A DNA stretch of 36,611 bases from Candidatus Woesearchaeota archaeon (GTDB taxonomy: Archaea; Nanobdellota; Nanobdellia; Pacearchaeales; GW2011-AR1). This document shows, in pieces, positions 33,730-36,611 of the stretch; position 1 is the stretch's first letter, and the number at the start of each line of letters is the position of its first letter. Made by a program: the position numbers and the translations under genes. The stretch covers positions 1 to 36,611 of the forward strand of contig CAYFUJ010000044.1 of NCBI GenBank assembly GCA_964346485.1. Direction: 5' to 3'. The notes under the pieces were generated by a model. That model made no database searches. It was not told the origin of the DNA and saw only the letters and a program-made list of their open reading frames with translations.

Positions 33730-33990
33730 ATGGCAGATAAAAGAAAGGTTCTTATAACGCTTCTGGTCGTAATAATAATAGTTCTTGCCGCTATTATTAT
33801 ATATGCTTTTGTGATAAGACCAACACTTAGTGGATATGTTGTTAGCAAACAAAGTGAGGGAGTTCAGATTGCTATAGCATCAATCATAGCACAAATACAA
33901 CAGAATGGATTTGCTCAAATACCTGTCGGAAATGAAACCTTAATATTAGTTCCATATCTTCCAGAAGGACAAACTCAACCAACACAATAA
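33730..33990 (+). CDS. Small N-terminally anchored protein (86 aa)
   Basis: The N-terminus MADKRKV is followed by the TM segment LITLLVVIIIVLAAIIIYAFVI. Confidence 0.4.
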   Translation: MADKRKVLITLLVVIIIVLAAIIIYAFVIRPTLSGYVVSKQSEGVQIAIASIIAQIQQNGFAQIPVGNETLILVPYLPEGQTQPTQ

Positions 33991-34056
33991 TTTTCCTTCA
34001 TTAAATTTTTAATTAGTTTACACTAATTTTATAAACAACATACTCTTTTGTTTCCT

Positions 34057-35166
34057 ATGAAAAAAGAGAGTAAGAGAGAGATATATATTCTGCCAAATTC
34101 AAATAAAGGCCTCTCAACTATTATCGCGACCTTGATTATAATCCTTTTAGTTCTTGTTGCTGCCGGAATTGTATGGGTGGTGATAAGAAACATAATAAGT
34201 CAGGGAGCAGAAGAGATCGAATTAGGAAAGTTCACATTTGATTTGAGCATTAAATCTGCTTATGTTGATGACTCTAATGTCAAAGTTGTTGTAAGAAGAA
34301 GTCCCGGAGCAGGTGATTTGATTGGCGTAAGGTTTATTTTTTTTGATGGAACAAACAGTATCAGTATAGACAGAAAAACTCTTCTTCTAGAATTACAAGA
34401 AAAATCCTTTAGTTTTAATTCTACTGAAGTAGGAGATGTGGGTATTCTTCAAGAAGTTTCCATAGCCCCTATTTATAAATTGAGTTCTGGAAAAGAAAAA
34501 ATAGGAGGCATAACAGACACATCCACAATTTCAAGTTCTCCTCCTGGCGGCGGCAATGGTGGTAATGGGGGTAATGGAGGAACTGGAGAGCCCGAATGTA
34601 ATGATGGATCAGATAATGATGGTGATGGAAATATAGATCTTAGTGATACTGGTTGTACAAATTCTAGTGATGATGATGAAACAAATTGTGGAGATGGGGT
34701 TTGCGAAGGTGGGGAAGATGTAATTAGTTGTTCTTCAGATTGTTCAGGAGGTGTACCGTCTTCTTGTGATGGGGTTTGGAATCAAACAGATATAGATGCT
34801 GGAACAGAATGTGATGGAGGCGCACATTGTGAAGATACTTGCACATGTCCTATAGGATTTACCGCAGATGGGGCTGGAGGATGTGACTTAAATCCTGAAA
34901 TCAATATAGGAACTATATTTTCTGTATGGAACAACATATTTTTCGACAGCCAAGACCTTCCAAAAGACATTTCTATATCTGATTATTCAAACTATTATGT
35001 AAATTTCAGTAATTCTGCAGAACTTAATTGTTTCAGAATAAATTTTGCAGCTTACTTGGAAGAAAATGATATAAGTTACCTAAGACTTGATGATTCTATG
35101 GCAACTCCTAATATAAATTCAGGAGAGACTTATCATGTCTGGGAAGCTGAGAATTGCGGAGCTTAG
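34057..35166 (+). CDS. Archaeal type IV pilin-like protein (class III signal peptide) with Gly-Asn linker and Cys/Asp-rich module
   Basis: The N-terminal KG|LSTIIATLIIILLVLVAAGIVWVVI matches the archaeal pilin N-terminal (Pilin_N/DUF361-like) pattern. It is followed by GGGNGGNGGNGGTG and then CNDGSDNDGDGNIDLSDTGC plus further Cys-rich segments. The track start at 34048 is TTG; the first ATG is at 34057. Confidence 0.65.
   Translation: MKKESKREIYILPNSNKGLSTIIATLIIILLVLVAAGIVWVVIRNIISQGAEEIELGKFTFDLSIKSAYVDDSNVKVVVRRSPGAGDLIGVRFIFFDGTNSISIDRKTLLLELQEKSFSFNSTEVGDVGILQEVSIAPIYKLSSGKEKIGGITDTSTISSSPPGGGNGGNGGNGGTGEPECNDGSDNDGDGNIDLSDTGCTNSSDDDETNCGDGVCEGGEDVISCSSDCSGGVPSSCDGVWNQTDIDAGTECDGGAHCEDTCTCPIGFTADGAGGCDLNPEINIGTIFSVWNNIFFDSQDLPKDISISDYSNYYVNFSNSAELNCFRINFAAYLEENDISYLRLDDSMATPNINSGETYHVWEAENCGA
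34546..34584 (+). repeat. Imperfect 9-nt tandem repeat (GGN GGN AAT) encoding GGGN-GGN-GGN-GGT linker
   Basis: Read directly: GGCGGCGGCAAT GGTGGTAAT GGGGGTAAT GGAGGAACT. Confidence 0.8.
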
Positions 35167-35217
35167 GAAAATTTAAATATCTGATTTTGTTTTTTGTAGG
35201 GTAACTATAAAATTAAA

Positions 35218-36114
35218 ATGGCCTATAAAAAATATATAAAAAAAGGTGGCAAAATTTATGGGCCATACATATACCACAGCAGAAGAATTGGCGGAAAGGT
35301 TATTTCTGAGTATCACGGGCCAAGGAAGCCAGATTACAAGAAAATTTTCTTAGCTGTTTTTGGAGTGATTTTTTTAGTGGCTTTGATTTCTATTTTGGTT
35401 TTTTATGAGAAAGAGATGACAGGAAGAGCAGTTATTGAAGTTGAGAAAGAAATAGAGGGCCAGGTGAGTGCTAATGAAACTTTTAACTATACACTACAGG
35501 AAGGAGAAAGAGCAGAGCTCAAGCCAAGAAGTGTCAAGACAGACTTTGAACAATTATCTGACAGCGATGTTGAATTAAAAACTGAAGGGAACGAGGTTAT
35601 TGTTACAACGACTTATTCTGAAACAAATCAAAGTTTTGAAAACGAAACATTTCCCGTAGTATATTTTACATTAAGCATACTTTCTGAAGAAGAATCAGTT
35701 GAAGAGAACATAACTGAGCCAGTACCAGAGATTCCTGAAATAGAAATAATAGAAGAACCCACACCAGAAATTCCTGAACCAGAACCAGATTTGACACCTG
35801 AAATAACTTATGAAACAGAAACAGAAATTTATGTTCCTGAATTAATCAGTCTTACTGAACAAGAGAGAGCAATCCTTATTGCACAGTTTGGAAATGCTTC
35901 TATAAGGGTTAAGGAAACAATATTTGAGAACGGATTTATAAAAGTGAAATTTGAGTTAGGAGAGTATTGGGCTGAGTTTAATTATGATTCTAATTTGAGT
36001 AAAGAAATATTTATGGACAGGGACAGAACAGAATGGCTTAAAGATATTGCAAAGAAACTTTTGGAAGAACCAGAATCTGAGGGATCTGTTGAAAATTATA
36101 CTATTGGATATTAA
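35218..36114 (+). CDS. Single-pass membrane protein with basic N-terminal motif and acidic Pro/Glu repeat region
   Basis: The N-terminus is MAYKKYIKKGGKIYGPYIYHSRRIGGKVISEYHG, followed by the TM segment IFLAVFGVIFLVALISILVF. The acidic repeats read EPVPEIPEIEIIEEPTPEIPEPEPDLTPE. Confidence 0.5.
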   Translation: MAYKKYIKKGGKIYGPYIYHSRRIGGKVISEYHGPRKPDYKKIFLAVFGVIFLVALISILVFYEKEMTGRAVIEVEKEIEGQVSANETFNYTLQEGERAELKPRSVKTDFEQLSDSDVELKTEGNEVIVTTTYSETNQSFENETFPVVYFTLSILSEEESVEENITEPVPEIPEIEIIEEPTPEIPEPEPDLTPEITYETETEIYVPELISLTEQERAILIAQFGNASIRVKETIFENGFIKVKFELGEYWAEFNYDSNLSKEIFMDRDRTEWLKDIAKKLLEEPESEGSVENYTIGY

Positions 36115-36150
36115 TTATATTTATAAGATTAGTTTTCTGGGAATTTATAA

Positions 36151-36561
36151 ATGATAAATTCACCTTTTTTAGTTGCAGACATGTGCCCCTTTAAATTTGA
36201 TGATGAAATAAGTAATGGCAAATTCATAGGATATATTGAACAGAATGAAATGTTATCAGCAATATTTCAGAAATTAAATCCATTCAATCCCTCTTTCGGC
36301 GTTTATTTTTTAGTTGTTGAGAATAAACACAGTTCAAGAAAAAGAAGAAGATATATTGGTGATACTTATGACTCGCCAAAAAAGAACGGATTCATTAATT
36401 TCTATGATGAGCAAAAATTAGAAATATGTTCTTTAGAATTTACTGAGGGGGGATTGGAAGCCTGTGTAAATTGTTCTGGAATTCGTGGTCCAGGAGTGAA
36501 TAATGAAACTTGGAATTATCAAATAAATTTTCTTATTCCCAGAAAAAAATTCCCGAAGTGA
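36151..36561 (+). CDS. Hypothetical protein (136 aa)
   Basis: This is an intact ORF with no recognised motif. Confidence 0.35.
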   Translation: MINSPFLVADMCPFKFDDEISNGKFIGYIEQNEMLSAIFQKLNPFNPSFGVYFLVVENKHSSRKRRRYIGDTYDSPKKNGFINFYDEQKLEICSLEFTEGGLEACVNCSGIRGPGVNNETWNYQINFLIPRKKFPK

Positions 36562-36611
36562 ATTTTCTACATAAAACTCGGGCCAGGCACCATTTTTCTA
36601 ATCAGAAACTT

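Noticed and set aside
1-36611. CRISPR arrays, transposases, integrases, toxin-antitoxin pairs, restriction-modification systems or known defence-system cores.
   Set aside because: No regularly spaced direct repeats are present. No DDE, serine or tyrosine recombinase motifs are visible, and there is no duplicated tRNA 3' segment (att) near any of the four tRNAs. The only methyltransferases look like protein or tRNA enzymes. The HerA-like ATPase has no nuclease, SIR2 or NurA partner next to it.
36540-36611. The GC-rich end of the window, ...CTCGGGCCAGGCACCATTTTTC, which ends in CACCA followed by a T-tract. I considered it as the 3' end of a tRNA or other stable RNA.
   Set aside because: No T-loop or cloverleaf can be built upstream. 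CCCGA and TCGGG form only a 5-bp stem around a 21-nt loop that overlaps the stop codon of the last CDS. It is more likely a weak terminator context, and the window ends too soon to judge.

Overview
The window is AT-rich (about one-third GC by eye), very compact and almost entirely coding. It looks archaeal and resembles a streamlined DPANN-type genome such as Woesearchaeota, Pacearchaeota or Nanoarchaeota; that placement is inference, since no search was possible. Archaeal hallmarks include TFS, a Sec11-type signal peptidase, type-2 MetAP, family-B DNA polymerase, FEN1, RFC large and small subunits, Cdc48/VAT and two-subunit PheRS. Others are archaeal UMP kinase, DUF357, class-III (pilin-type) signal peptides, TATA boxes about 25 nt upstream of ATGs (leaderless-type promoters) and an intron-containing tRNA. 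DNA replication and repair genes are unusually dense: RadB fragment, NreA-like, TopA, PolB, FEN1, RFC-S, RFC-L, a HerA/DUF87-type ATPase and EndoIII. I found four tRNAs: Lys-CUU with an intron, Glu-CUC, Gln-CUG and Thr-GGU. I saw no CRISPR array, transposase, integrase, rRNA or recognisable defence system. The items I consider most worth follow-up are listed here. (1) PolB has non-canonical residues at the motif A steric gate and in motif B. (2) A tightly packed same-strand gene string runs rfcS, 75-aa ORF, rfcL, HerA-like ATPase. (3) A GC-enriched, hairpin-rich 110-nt stretch lies downstream of a TATA box at 8190-8326. (4) A four-gene uncharacterised islet next to tRNA-Lys contains a GC-rich, extremely basic protein. 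(5) A surface-protein cluster at 32.9-36.1 kb includes a pilin-like protein carrying a Cys/Asp-rich module. (6) Several unusual gene linkages occur: HIT inside the pheS-pheT operon, an EF-Tu-domain-2-like mini-protein between tRNA-Gln and tRNA-Glu, and a Zn-ribbon/AbrB protein coupled to cdc48. All functional calls rest on motif recognition in the supplied translations, not on database searches.
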